DNA of 64,000 nt from Candidatus Bathyarchaeum tardum (GCA_024650005.2 CP122380.1:832001-896000), one strand, 5' to 3'. Positions 1 to 9,091 are shown, counted from the first letter of the stretch. Notes: generated by a model not told the origin, from the letters alone. Numbers and translations are program-made.

Positions 1-1196
1 TTGATAAATCCTTTATTGTTGTCCGATAACGGCCATGCCATAAATATTGTTGCCATGGTCATGGAAGCAAGAATTAATAGTATGCAGATTTTTTTGGCAT
101 GTTTGAATTGTTTAATAAAGTTTAGTAATTTGTTTTTGTTTTGGTTTTTTACGATTTTGTGCAGTCCATTAGTAGCATAAAATGAGAATGGAAAAATTAG
201 AAGCAGCATCCATCTTGCCCATAAAAATACTGAAAAAAATGGGGCAACTAAGCAGCCTAATCCGGTGATTAGTAATAGGATTGTCCAAATAGTAAACGGC
301 CTATCTTTAAAGTATCCAATTATGATCAGGGGCATCATTAAGCCATACAATAAAAGAAACAAAGAAGCTACATTAGACGCCAACTGGAAGTATGAAGAGT
401 ACGTTTCTATCGGGGTTTGAACCGTTAAGTAATCTGTCAAAAAAAACAGTCCCCCCGGATGAGCCCAAACGCTATCGTCTATCCGGACAATATTGGATTC
501 CGTAGGGATCGCAAACGGTGAAATCCAAAAAAAGTTGCCCATAAACAGCAATATCGCAGGAAGAATCGCCAAAAAAAGTTTGTACGGAATTTTTTGTTTT
601 TTTAACGCACTAACAATAACCCAGCCAAACACAATAAAGAACAAAGAAGCCATCGCAAGTTCATGACCCCAAACCGTAAAAATGGCCAGTACCGATAAAA
701 CGGTTAATTCTTTGAAAGACGCATCATTTTTCAGCAACGGAAAAGCAAACAGCAAAACCATTACGCCCAGCATGTTTCGGTAAAATTGCCAACTAACCGC
801 TAAACTTGCAAGTTGTAAAGAAAAAATTAACGAAACTAATAGGCACTTTTTTGGGTTCCATTTTAGTCGTTTCCAAGCAACAAAATATACTCCCGCACAG
901 GTTCCAGCATACAATAACGGAGCAAATATTTTCAGGATAATAAACGGATCAACCTTAGTAATATTAGTTAAAGCAACTAAAATTCCGTAAACCAGCCAAG
1001 AATTAACTAAATCACTGCCAACAGTAAAGGCAACCCCCGAATTCATCCGAGAAGCATAATAAATTGTATCCAAACCAACAGGAAACGGAAAACTTAACAA
1101 TTCAGGAATTAATCGAACAAGAAAACCTACTATAGAAACAAGGAATATTGTTTTACTGTGGCTTAACTGAAAAATTTTATGTATGAATAATTTTAT
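1..1196 (-). CDS. Multi-pass membrane protein (GT-C-like), paralog of 23286..24827; runs off the window edge (3' partial)
   Basis: Manual translation gives IVGFLVRLIPELLSFPFPVGLDTIYYASRMNSGV...WQFYRNMLG...WGHE...DSVWAHPGGLFFLTDYL, colinear with the 513-aa ORF. The start is uncertain because the frame opens at ATA 1196 right after an in-frame TGA. Confidence 0.8.
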   Translation of the reverse strand, partial: MKLFIHKIFQLSHSKTIFLVSIVGFLVRLIPELLSFPFPVGLDTIYYASRMNSGVAFTVGSDLVNSWLVYGILVALTNITKVDPFIILKIFAPLLYAGTCAGVYFVAWKRLKWNPKKCLLVSLIFSLQLASLAVSWQFYRNMLGVMVLLFAFPLLKNDASFKELTVLSVLAIFTVWGHELAMASLFFIVFGWVIVSALKKQKIPYKLFLAILPAILLFMGNFFWISPFAIPTESNIVRIDDSVWAHPGGLFFLTDYLTVQTPIETYSSYFQLASNVASLFLLLYGLMMPLIIIGYFKDRPFTIWTILLLITGLGCLVAPFFSVFLWARWMLLLIFPFSFYATNGLHKIVKNQNKNKLLNFIKQFKHAKKICILLILASMTMATIFMAWPLSDNNKGFI

Positions 1197-1234
1197 GCCT
1201 CATTTGATTATGTTCTTAAAAATATTTACTGAAA

Positions 1235-2317
1235 CTAACAGGTATTAATATAACGTATAATTTTTTTTGCTGCTTTTCCATCTCCGAAAGGATTTGTCCA
1301 TTTATTTTTTTTGTTAAGCATAATTTGTGTACTTTCAAGAATTTTATCCGGGTTAATGCCCGCCAACATATTGGATCCAACTTCAACGGTTTCAGGTCTT
1401 TCAGTATTATCACGTAAAGTAACACAAGGAACCCCCAAAATGCATGTTTCTTCTTGTACCCCTCCCGAGTCAGTAAGCACAAGTCTAGTGTTACTTTCAA
1501 GCTGCAAGAATGATAAATAATCTAAAGGATCAATAAGCCTAATACCATCTAATTTCAAGCCAAATTCATCTAAACGTTTTCTAGCCCTAGGATGAATAGG
1601 GTAAATCAGTTCCATATCAAGTTCCTTTCCAACAGTTTGCAGGCCTTCAATAATTCTGCGAAACCGTTCTTCATTGTCAACGTTTTCCTGTCGATGAAGA
1701 GTAACCAAAAAATAATCTTTCCCCTTGAGGCCAAAATTGCTTAAAACATCAGTTTTGGTTTTTGAAATCTTTAAATTCTGGAAGACAGAATCAACAATAG
1801 TGTTACCCGTAACGAATATTTTTTCTTTAGCAATGCCTTCATTAAGCAGAATTTGTTTTGATTTTTCTGTTGGAGCAAACAGATAATCAGAAGAGTGGTC
1901 CGCTAATACTCTGTTGATTTCTTCTGGCATTGTTCGGTCATAACTTCTTAATCCCGCTTCAACATGGCCAACTTTTATTCCTAGTTTAACTGCAGCTAAA
2001 GCACCAGCAAGAACTGTGTTAGTATCGCCCTGAACTAGCACTACGTCCGGTTTTTCTTTTTGGAGTACTTGTTCTATGTTAATCAGTATTCTTCCAGTTT
2101 GTTCTGCATGACTGCCTGAACCCACATCTAAATTGTATTTTGGTTCAAGTAACGCAAGTTCTTCAAAAAACACTCGATCCATATTGTAAGAATAATGCTG
2201 TCCCGTGTGAAGAACAAAATAATCCAAACCTAAATGTTCACACACACGAATAACTGGAGACATCTTAATAATCTCAGGACGAGTCCCAAGAATAATCGAA
2301 ATTTTCACTGTGTACAA
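1235..2317 (-). CDS. wecB: UDP-N-acetylglucosamine 2-epimerase (non-hydrolysing)
   Basis: GTRPEIIK, HTGQHY, QGDT, HVEAGLRS, PEEINR, TDSGGVQEE and TERPE motifs. Confidence 0.95.
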   Translation of the reverse strand: MYTVKISIILGTRPEIIKMSPVIRVCEHLGLDYFVLHTGQHYSYNMDRVFFEELALLEPKYNLDVGSGSHAEQTGRILINIEQVLQKEKPDVVLVQGDTNTVLAGALAAVKLGIKVGHVEAGLRSYDRTMPEEINRVLADHSSDYLFAPTEKSKQILLNEGIAKEKIFVTGNTIVDSVFQNLKISKTKTDVLSNFGLKGKDYFLVTLHRQENVDNEERFRRIIEGLQTVGKELDMELIYPIHPRARKRLDEFGLKLDGIRLIDPLDYLSFLQLESNTRLVLTDSGGVQEETCILGVPCVTLRDNTERPETVEVGSNMLAGINPDKILESTQIMLNKKNKWTNPFGDGKAAKKIIRYINTC

Positions 2318-2931
2318 CTCACTTTAGGTTACTTCAGACCAAACATTATCTGTCTTTTAGAAATGTAGTTTGAGCACTGAATTACCATTTTTGTTTATCA
2401 ATTTAGATATAAGGATTCGTATTGTTTTTATTTAATGAACAAACTGTGTTGAGCCCAAAAATAATTAAGGATTTTTTAGTAACGAAATGAAATTGTGTAA
2501 AACAAAATTTTCATTCAAAGATTTTTTAAAGCATTCAATTTTTTTGACACAAATAGTAAATTATTATGGATAACATTACATTGAAGTTTGAGTTTTTGGT
2601 TATTGCTGTATATTTGTTTGTTTTTGTGGTCTGTTGATTAGGTTTTCTGTGAAGACTAAAAAATGGGACGATAACATTATGGATGTGAAGCATTAATAAT
2701 TTCTTGGGTTATTTCGTAAGTTTCGTCACAACATTCCAAAAGTTCATTATGTACGTAAAGTACACGTTTTTTTGAGTAATAGAGAATTGTAACAATTCCT
2801 TCTTCTTTTGCTACATTTACTGCGGGCACAAAGTCACTGTCACCCGTTATTAAAACGGCTTTATCAATGATGGTTTTGATTTTTTGTAGTTGTTGTTTTT
2901 TGGTTGAGCACGATTTTGTATTAGCAGTATT

Positions 2932-2969
2932 TTTGTTGTTGTAGGGGTAGGGGGGTCAACAACAACAAA
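2932..2969. repeat. Palindromic repeat type B (TTTGTTGTTGT / G-rich loop / ACAACAACAAA), copy 1
   Basis: 11-bp perfect inverted repeat around AGGGGTAGGGGGGTCA; homologous to 7955..7993 and 4739..4771. Confidence 0.85.
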
Positions 2970-3047
2970 TCTGTTAGAGAAAAGATTGTTAGAAGGGAAA
3001 TACCTGATTATTTGTTGCTGGTAGTTTTCAAAAGCAGGTACAAAAAC

Positions 3048-3300
3048 ATGTCAGTTGGTTTTTCTAAAATTTTGGTTACAGGTGGTGCAGGTTTCATTGG
3101 AAGTCACATTTTTGATAAGTTGCTCGAGGAAGGAATCAAAGTAAAGGTAATTGATAATCTTTCAACTGGAGATATAACAAACCTTAGTCAGCACGCAAAC
3201 AACCCTGATTTTGAGTTCATCCAAGGAGAAATCTGAGATTTTGATTTTGTCCAAAAAGCTGTCAAAGGGGTTGATGCACTAGTCCATGATGCAGGCCGGG
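3048..3300 (+). pseudogene. Truncated NAD-dependent epimerase/dehydratase (5' remnant)
   Basis: [13 protein letters not shown] Rossmann motif. In-frame TGA at 3234, after which the frame continues DFDFVQKAVKGVDALVHDAG and homology ends. Confidence 0.85.
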
Positions 3301-3364
3301 GTAAAATGTTGTTTAAGAAATTGTTTAATAATTGTTAGTTGTCAGGTTTTTGTGGGGTCAACCA

Positions 3365-3577
3365 ATGACAGTGACTGTTAATGAAGAAGAGATAAAGTTA
3401 GTGCTTGACAGGTTGGACACAGTTAAGCTTGAGCTTTTAAGGCTCAGAGCATTGCTTTTGCCTGAAGAAGAAGAAGAAGCAACTGATGAAGACAAAAAAG
3501 AGATTCAAGAAGCAAAAAATGAAATTGTAAATGGTTCAAAAGTTAATCTTGAAGATTTAATTAAAGAACTGTGCTGA
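3365..3577 (+). CDS. Small acidic antitoxin-like protein (orphan)
   Basis: 70 aa from ATG 3365 with an acidic C-terminus (EEEEEATDEDKKEIQEAKNEI...LEDLIKEL) typical of archaeal TA antitoxins; no toxin follows. Confidence 0.55.
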   Translation: MTVTVNEEEIKLVLDRLDTVKLELLRLRALLLPEEEEEATDEDKKEIQEAKNEIVNGSKVNLEDLIKELC

Positions 3578-3733
3578 TTTTTTTGTTTCAGGCTCTTGGG
3601 CGTTAATGTTGAAATTTTGGTCAGAGTTTGTGGGCGTTGTAGAGTTTTGTATCTATTTCTTTTTGGGGTGATTGATGGGTGTTGATGGCATCTTTTAAAA
3701 AGGGCTAGAGTAGTTAGTTTATTTGTGGGCAGC

Positions 3734-4027
3734 ATGAAGTCAATTGATGAAATAAAAGGTGTTTTGGTTGAACATAAAAGGGAGCTAAGAGAAAGATTTC
3801 ATGTAAAAGAGATTGGTGTTTTTGGTTCTTTTGTGAGAAAAGAACAAAAAAAGGGAAGTGATGTTGATGTGTTGGTTGATTTTTTTGAGACCATAGATTT
3901 GTTTACGTTTGTTGAACTTGAGAATTATTTAAGTGAGCTTTTAGGGGTTAAAGTTGATCTAGTTATGAAGGGAGCTCTTAAGCCTCGGTTGGAGGAGAGA
4001 ATTTTAAGTGAGGCTGTTTATGTGTGA
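3734..4027 (+). CDS. mntA: Minimal nucleotidyltransferase (MNT) antitoxin
   Basis: GVFGSFVR...SDVDVLV motif and KVDLV; overlaps the HEPN gene by 4 nt. Confidence 0.9.
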   Translation: MKSIDEIKGVLVEHKRELRERFHVKEIGVFGSFVRKEQKKGSDVDVLVDFFETIDLFTFVELENYLSELLGVKVDLVMKGALKPRLEERILSEAVYV

Positions 4028-4365
4028 GAGATTTTCGTGTCTACCTTGAAGATATGGTTGAAGCCATTAATTGTATAGAGGAGTACACGCGGGGGATGAG
4101 TTATGAAGCATTTGTTAAGGATAGAAAAACCGTAGATGCTGTAGTTAGAAATTTTGAAATCATTGGTGAAGCAGCTAAAAACGTTCCAAATGAGGTAAGA
4201 AAAATTTACTCCAACTTGCCTTGGAAGGAAATGTCAGGAATGAGAGATAAACTGATCCATGCATATTTTGGAGTTAAATTAGATGTTTTATGGAAAACAA
4301 TTAAAGAACGCTTAATTGTGGTAAAATTATTAGTTGAAGAAGCTCTGGTCGAATTGGAACAATAA
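4024..4365 (+). CDS. hepT: HEPN (DUF86/HepT-like) RNase toxin
   Basis: DAVVRNFEIIGEA and RDKLIHAY (Rx4HxY) motifs. Confidence 0.9.
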   Translation: MRDFRVYLEDMVEAINCIEEYTRGMSYEAFVKDRKTVDAVVRNFEIIGEAAKNVPNEVRKIYSNLPWKEMSGMRDKLIHAYFGVKLDVLWKTIKERLIVVKLLVEEALVELEQ

Positions 4366-4478
4366 AGACTGAACGGACAGTTTCTATTCGAATTCTGTTT
4401 TGTGTAAACAAAAATTCTGTTTTCTTTTTGTTGTCTGAATTGAAAAATGTGTACACAACAACATCTTGGAAATAATGC

Positions 4479-4620
4479 AGAAGTAGTTGTTTTTTTGCTG
4501 CAGGTAATTAACAACAACTACTGTTTAAAAAGGGAATCAAAACACGTTTAGTAATTGAACAGGATTTAAAAAAATGTTATTTTTGTTGTTGTTAGAGTTG
4601 AAAAAACTTTTGAACAGCAA
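4479..4620. repeat. Composite palindromic repeat, copy with type A hairpin (AGTAGTTGTT...AACAACTACT) and degenerate type B
   Basis: Inverted repeat at 4482-4491/4513-4522, followed by the conserved linker caaaacacgttt...ttgaaca and TTTGTTGTTGTT. Confidence 0.7.
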
Positions 4621-4635
4621 TATTTTGTAGAGTAC

Positions 4636-4771
4636 AGAAGTAGTCGTCTTTTCTGTACCAGTTACTGGACGACTACTACTTTATAGAATATATTAAAACA
4701 TGTTTTTTGTTTGTACATGATTACACAAAAAATGTAGATTTGTTGTTATCAGAAGGGTAGGGGGTCAACAA
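4636..4771. repeat. Composite palindromic repeat, full copy (type A + linker + type B)
   Basis: AGAAGTAGTCGTC...GACGACTACTACTT, linker ttaaaacatgttt, then TGTTGTT...GGGTAGGGGGTCAACAA. Confidence 0.85.
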
Positions 4772-4855
4772 TGATTGTTTTTTGGCGGGTCTGGGTGATT
4801 GTTGGTTTGGGTTATGTTTAAGTAATACTTGTTGTAGGTATTACTTGTGTTAAGT

Positions 4856-5083
4856 ATGACTGAAGTTGCGGTTACGAAAAAGGGGCAAGTTACAATACCT
4901 GTGGAGCTAAGAAGGAAGTTTGGCATAGAAGAGAGTTCAAAAGTGGAAATAGTAGAGGAAGAGGGAAAAATTGTGATCAGAAAGTGTTCCAGCATTTTTG
5001 ATTTAGCAGGCAGTGGTGCAGGTAAAGCTGAAGTCAAAGAGTTAAAAAGGGCTTTAGATCAGATGAGGCAAGAAGATGACTGA
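4856..5083 (+). CDS. vapB: AbrB/MazE/SpoVT-family antitoxin (VapB-like)
   Basis: VTKKGQVTIPVELRRKFGI...EEGKIVIRK signature; overlaps the PIN gene. Confidence 0.9.
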   Translation: MTEVAVTKKGQVTIPVELRRKFGIEESSKVEIVEEEGKIVIRKCSSIFDLAGSGAGKAEVKELKRALDQMRQEDD

Positions 5084-5474
5084 AAGTTGCTTGTATGATA
5101 CTCGTTTTTTTGTTGAATATTTTTATTCTGCTGATGTAGAATTTCTCAACAAGCTCAAAAAAGATCTTAAAGACGTGAAAGAGCGTTTGGTTTCTGCTTT
5201 GGTTGTTCATGAAATTCATAAGATCAATCTAGAAAAACAAGGGAAACAAGTTGCTGTCTTAAGGAGTAACATCATTTGCAGGGATTTTAAAGTTGTAGAA
5301 GTGGATTTTGTAATCGCCCTAAAAAGTGCAGAATTAAGAAGCAAGCACAGAATACCCTTAGCAGATAGTGTAATTGCAGCTTCTGCCCAAGTTCACAGAT
5401 GCACTTTAGTTTCAGATGATCCTCATTTCAAAAAAATAAAAAATTTAAAAACAAAATGGTATAGCAGCCTCTGA
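5076..5474 (+). CDS. vapC: PIN-domain VapC toxin
   Basis: YDT, HE, LADSVIAASA and SDDPHF acidic PIN motifs. Confidence 0.9.
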   Translation: MTESCLYDTRFFVEYFYSADVEFLNKLKKDLKDVKERLVSALVVHEIHKINLEKQGKQVAVLRSNIICRDFKVVEVDFVIALKSAELRSKHRIPLADSVIAASAQVHRCTLVSDDPHFKKIKNLKTKWYSSL

Positions 5475-5522
5475 TTGCCTAGAAACGTTGTTATAAAGGC
5501 AACAACATTTTGTAATTAGTAT

Positions 5523-5566
5523 AGAAGTAGTTGTTTTTTGTGTACAGGCAATTCACAACTACTACT
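5523..5566. repeat. Palindromic repeat type A, solo copy
   Basis: AGAAGTAGTTGT...ACAACTACTACT, preceded by caacaacattttg like the other copies; lies between two convergent VapBC pairs. Confidence 0.75.
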
Positions 5567-5690
5567 GGTTTAAACAGTGTCAAACTTCAGAAAAGCATTC
5601 TTTTGTTAACTAATTAATTTATGAAAGTTGATTTTTTCTGGTTTTGATTTTTTATGGATTTTTGGTGTTGTAAATTGTGATGCTGTATTT

Positions 5691-6098
5691 TTATTTTGTG
5701 GATTTAGTGATGTCGTTCAGTTTTAAAGCTTTGGTGTATGATGCGATTTTTTTTGTTAGCCGCATATCTTCGGTTATAAGTGTTAGTTCTTTTGTTTTGG
5801 CATGGTAAGTGTATGAGGCGTCGTAGAATGTGATTTTCAGTTTTGTTGCGGTTTCTAGTATTTCTTCTTCGGTGCAGTTTATTTGTGTGATTTCCATGAG
5901 GTTTAGTGTTTGCTTGATTATTTTTGCTAGTTTTTTAATTTCTTGATCTGTAGCGTTGGCGTGTAAGGAATAATTTTTCCATAGGATGTTTCCCAGTTCG
6001 TACCTTGCCAGTTCTATTGTGTGGTTTCCAATTAGAAAGTCGATTTTGTTTTCTTTTATGGCGTTAAATATGGCAGATGAGTCGAATAGGTATTTCAT
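5691..6098 (-). CDS. vapC: PIN-domain VapC toxin
   Basis: LFDSSAI, YELGNILWK, ITFYDASY and LITED motifs. Confidence 0.9.
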   Translation of the reverse strand: MKYLFDSSAIFNAIKENKIDFLIGNHTIELARYELGNILWKNYSLHANATDQEIKKLAKIIKQTLNLMEITQINCTEEEILETATKLKITFYDASYTYHAKTKELTLITEDMRLTKKIASYTKALKLNDITKSTK

Positions 6099-6325
6099 TT
6101 ACGGTTTCTGTCCTCTCTTATGCCCTTCACTATGTTTTCTATGTTTACCCTGTTGAGTGTTGGTTTTAGTTTTTGTATGTCTTCTTTGAGTTTTTCTGCT
6201 TCTCTTCGTCTTATTTCGTCTTCTATGGCTTTTCGTAATAGTTTGGATGGTTTAATGTTTAGTTGTTTTATTTTTTCTTTGAGTTCTTGGGGGATTTTTG
6301 TGGAGACGGTTACAGACTTGTTCAA
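6095..6325 (-). CDS. vapB: RHH/CcdA-like VapB antitoxin
   Basis: TVSTKIPQELKEKIKQLNIKPSKLLRKAIEDEIRR...IREDR. Probable TTG start at 6325 behind a GGTGA RBS; 4-nt overlap with vapC. Confidence 0.85.
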   Translation of the reverse strand: MNKSVTVSTKIPQELKEKIKQLNIKPSKLLRKAIEDEIRRREAEKLKEDIQKLKPTLNRVNIENIVKGIREDRNRK

Positions 6326-6634
6326 ATTATCACCAATAGGTAATACAAAATAGCAGAATAATAAGTTTACCATATTTTCTTACCTTCCATTACGCTTTTT
6401 TTCATCAAAATACAGTCATTAAAAAGTAAGCTGCCCGGCTTTGATTCTACCTAGTCGATTCAATCCCAGTTTTCATAGATAGCTGATTTTGGATGCAAAT
6501 CTGGTTATGTTTTTTAACCCTAGCTTAGCTTCAAGAGCCAAGTTCTTGTCATGCGAGGAATCGACAATAATAGAGCTTTCTTTTCGCGATTTTTGTTGTT
6601 TATGAATTGATGCTGTTATTGTTTGGCCAGAGTT

Positions 6635-7015
6635 TTATGTTTTCAGTTTAACTGCAGAGGGTTTTTTGTGGATAACTTGTATGATGTTTAGATGTTCCAG
6701 TAAGGGTACTACGTAGCTGCCTTGGGATGATCGTTTGTTGGTTGCTGAGTTTTCGCGCAGGTATCTTTCCAAAGTTCCTTTGCGTATTTTTTTTAGGGCA
6801 TAATGTCGGGCTCCGATTTTGACCCAGCCTTTGTTTTTAAGAAAATTTGGTACTCCGTTCAAGGATTCTTTTGTAACTGTGATTTTTGTTTTTTTTACCA
6901 TGAAAATGATTTGTTCAGGTTGTTTGTGTAAAAGTTTGAACGGTTTATATCTAACCGGAGTATACAAAATTAGTCCTTCAGGAGCTTCTGTTAGTATTTT
7001 ATCAAATACTGACAA
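6635..7015 (-). CDS. Hypothetical basic protein
   Basis: 126-aa ORF, Lys-rich, no family recognised. Confidence 0.6.
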   Translation of the reverse strand: MSVFDKILTEAPEGLILYTPVRYKPFKLLHKQPEQIIFMVKKTKITVTKESLNGVPNFLKNKGWVKIGARHYALKKIRKGTLERYLRENSATNKRSSQGSYVVPLLEHLNIIQVIHKKPSAVKLKT

Positions 7016-7204
7016 TTAGGTCACAAATATTGTGTTTGCTTTCATATATTTGAAATTTTCGTTAATTAATTGTTAATTGTTATGGTGTTTGTGAAAAAAT
7101 TCATAGAATTTGATGTTTTGTATCGGTGCTACTTTATAGTTTTAAGAAATGGAATGTTATGTAGTTATTGATGAAAACTAGATGTATGTTTAACTGATCT
7201 AAAG

Positions 7205-7732
7205 TTATTTCACAACTTCTCTAAGGCTATACAGTTCCTTTTCTGAAGCATTAGCATAAACGGTGAAACTATACATGATTACTGTTCCTTTCAGATCCGG
7301 GTTTAGGTCGTTAGTTAAAATAAAGTAAGCAGCCTTAACGTTATGTTCAGTTGAAAAACTTGTTGCAGATCTAAAGATCGCATGTAAATATGTTGAATCT
7401 TCTAAAAGTTCATCTAAAAATTGTCTATTTTCTGAGCTTTCAATAACCCAACTGGCTCTGTTCAGAATGTCCGTGATTTTAACAACCAAAGGATCCAAAC
7501 TATTGCTCGTATGATGAATCAGTGAACCATTATAATAAAATTGAAAAATAGCAAGTGAAGAAACAGGCTCTTCCGGAAAAGGTTTTTTGTCTTCAATAAA
7601 TGCATTAACATCATTAACCCATTCTGTATCTTTTTCTCCAAATCTAAAAAATTGAACAACAATTATCACAGATAATGCAACAAGAATAATCAAAATAAAA
7701 ACAATTTTTTTTCTTCTTAACAAATTTATCAA
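7205..7732 (-). CDS. Hypothetical membrane-anchored/secreted protein
   Basis: N-terminal RRKK plus hydrophobic helix, followed by a soluble domain. Confidence 0.65.
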   Translation of the reverse strand: MINLLRRKKIVFILIILVALSVIIVVQFFRFGEKDTEWVNDVNAFIEDKKPFPEEPVSSLAIFQFYYNGSLIHHTSNSLDPLVVKITDILNRASWVIESSENRQFLDELLEDSTYLHAIFRSATSFSTEHNVKAAYFILTNDLNPDLKGTVIMYSFTVYANASEKELYSLREVVK

Positions 7733-7848
7733 ATTTAATTATTCTGCGTTTCTTTTCTTACCTTTTTTGGTAACTCAAATCATGAGTTAGATCCATAAGT
7801 AGTTAATTCAGAAAAATGTTGAAACAAGAACGGTTTCGAAAAGAGAAT

Positions 7849-7993
7849 AGAAGTAGTCGTCTTTTTTTTACAGAATTCTGGACGACTACTACTTCTTTAA
7901 AGAATGCATTAAAACGTGTTTGTTGGTTGAACACAATTATGTAATAATGATAGTTTTGTTGTTGTTGGGGGTAGGGGGGTCAACAACAACAAA
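7849..7993. repeat. Composite palindromic repeat, best-preserved full copy (type A + linker + type B)
   Basis: AGAAGTAGTCGTC/GACGACTAC(TAC)TTCT at 7849-7896, and perfect 13-bp TTTGTTGTTGTTG/CAACAACAACAAA around GGGGTAGGGGGGT at 7955-7993. Confidence 0.9.
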
Positions 7994-8073
7994 TCTTTTT
8001 GAGGGAAAAAGTGTTTGAAGGATAATTCAATTATGGTGATTTGTTGTTAGTTTCTAATTGAGGTTCACAAAGG

Positions 8074-9091
8074 ATGTCAATTGGTTTTGGTAAAGTTTTG
8101 GTTACCGGCGGTGCAGGTTTTATTGGAAGTCACATAGTTGACAGGTTAATTGAGGAAGGGGTTAAAGTAAGGGTCTTGGATGACCTTTCAAAGGGATGTA
8201 AATCAAACCTTAGTCAACATGAAAACAACCCGGATTTTGACGTCATCAAAGGAGGCGTCAGAAATCTTGATGCTGTAAAAAAGCTGTTAAAGACATCAAT
8301 GCGGTAATCCATGAAGCAGAACTGGTAAGCATCATCAAATCAATTGAAGACCCATTGCTTTCAAACAGCATAAACGTTGTAGGAACCCTGAATCTGCTCA
8401 AAGCATGTGCAGAATCAAAAGTGAAACGGTTTGTCTTTGCTTCTTCATGTGCAGTGTACGGTAACACAAACGATTTACTTATCAAAGAAGATGTTTTACA
8501 TAAGCCTCTTTCACCCTATGCTACAGACAAATTAGCCGCAGAAAACTATGTCAAAGTTTTTAATGATATGACAGAACTTGAAACGGTAACTTTACGTTAC
8601 TTCAACGTTTATGACCCCAAACAAAGATATGGACAATACAGTGGAATAATTTCGATTTTTATTAACAGTTTGTTGGAAAATAAATCACCTGTAATTTATG
8701 GAGACGGACAACAAACAAGAGATTTTTGTTAATATAAAAGACGTAGCTGAAGCAAATATAAGTACATTATCAAAAACGAAGTATTTCAGGTGAGGTTTTC
8801 AATGTTTGTACCGGCGAAGCGTTATTCATTAACAAAATTTCTAGAACCATCCAAAGTATTTTGGAAAAAACGTCTATTGAACCGGTTTACAAAAAACGTA
8901 GACAAGGAGACATTAAACACAGTTTTGGAGATAATTCTAAAAATAAAGAATTGTTGCGGTTTGAACCTGAAGTTAAGATAGAAACCGGACTAAACAAACT
9001 CATAAAACTGAGGAAGTTAAAATCAGGAAAGTTGGTTTTTTTAGAAGAAAGGTTGAATCTCCAACAGATTAAACAATTCATGCTTTTATAA
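8074..9091 (+). pseudogene. Frameshifted NAD-dependent epimerase/dehydratase (WbpP/GalE-like)
   Basis: [26 protein letters not shown], SPYxxxK, LRYFNVY, GDGQQTRDF, GEVFNV and RQGDIKHS are spread over several frames, with shifts near 8280, 8727 and ~8785. Confidence 0.9.

Noticed and set aside
2784-2798. GAATTGT-A-ACAATTC palindrome
   Set aside because: A single short AT-rich palindrome with no second copy noticed; could be chance.
6421-6634. Possible decayed ORF on the minus strand (…IIVDSSHDKNLALEAKLGLKNITRF…)
   Set aside because: No start codon, an internal stop, and too short to assign a family.
4479-7993. Repeats as a CRISPR array or canonical integron attC sites
   Set aside because: They are irregularly spaced with whole genes between them and there are no cas genes. 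I found no clear RYYYAAC/GTTRRRY pair at the hairpin ends, gene orientation is mixed, and no IntI is present in the window.
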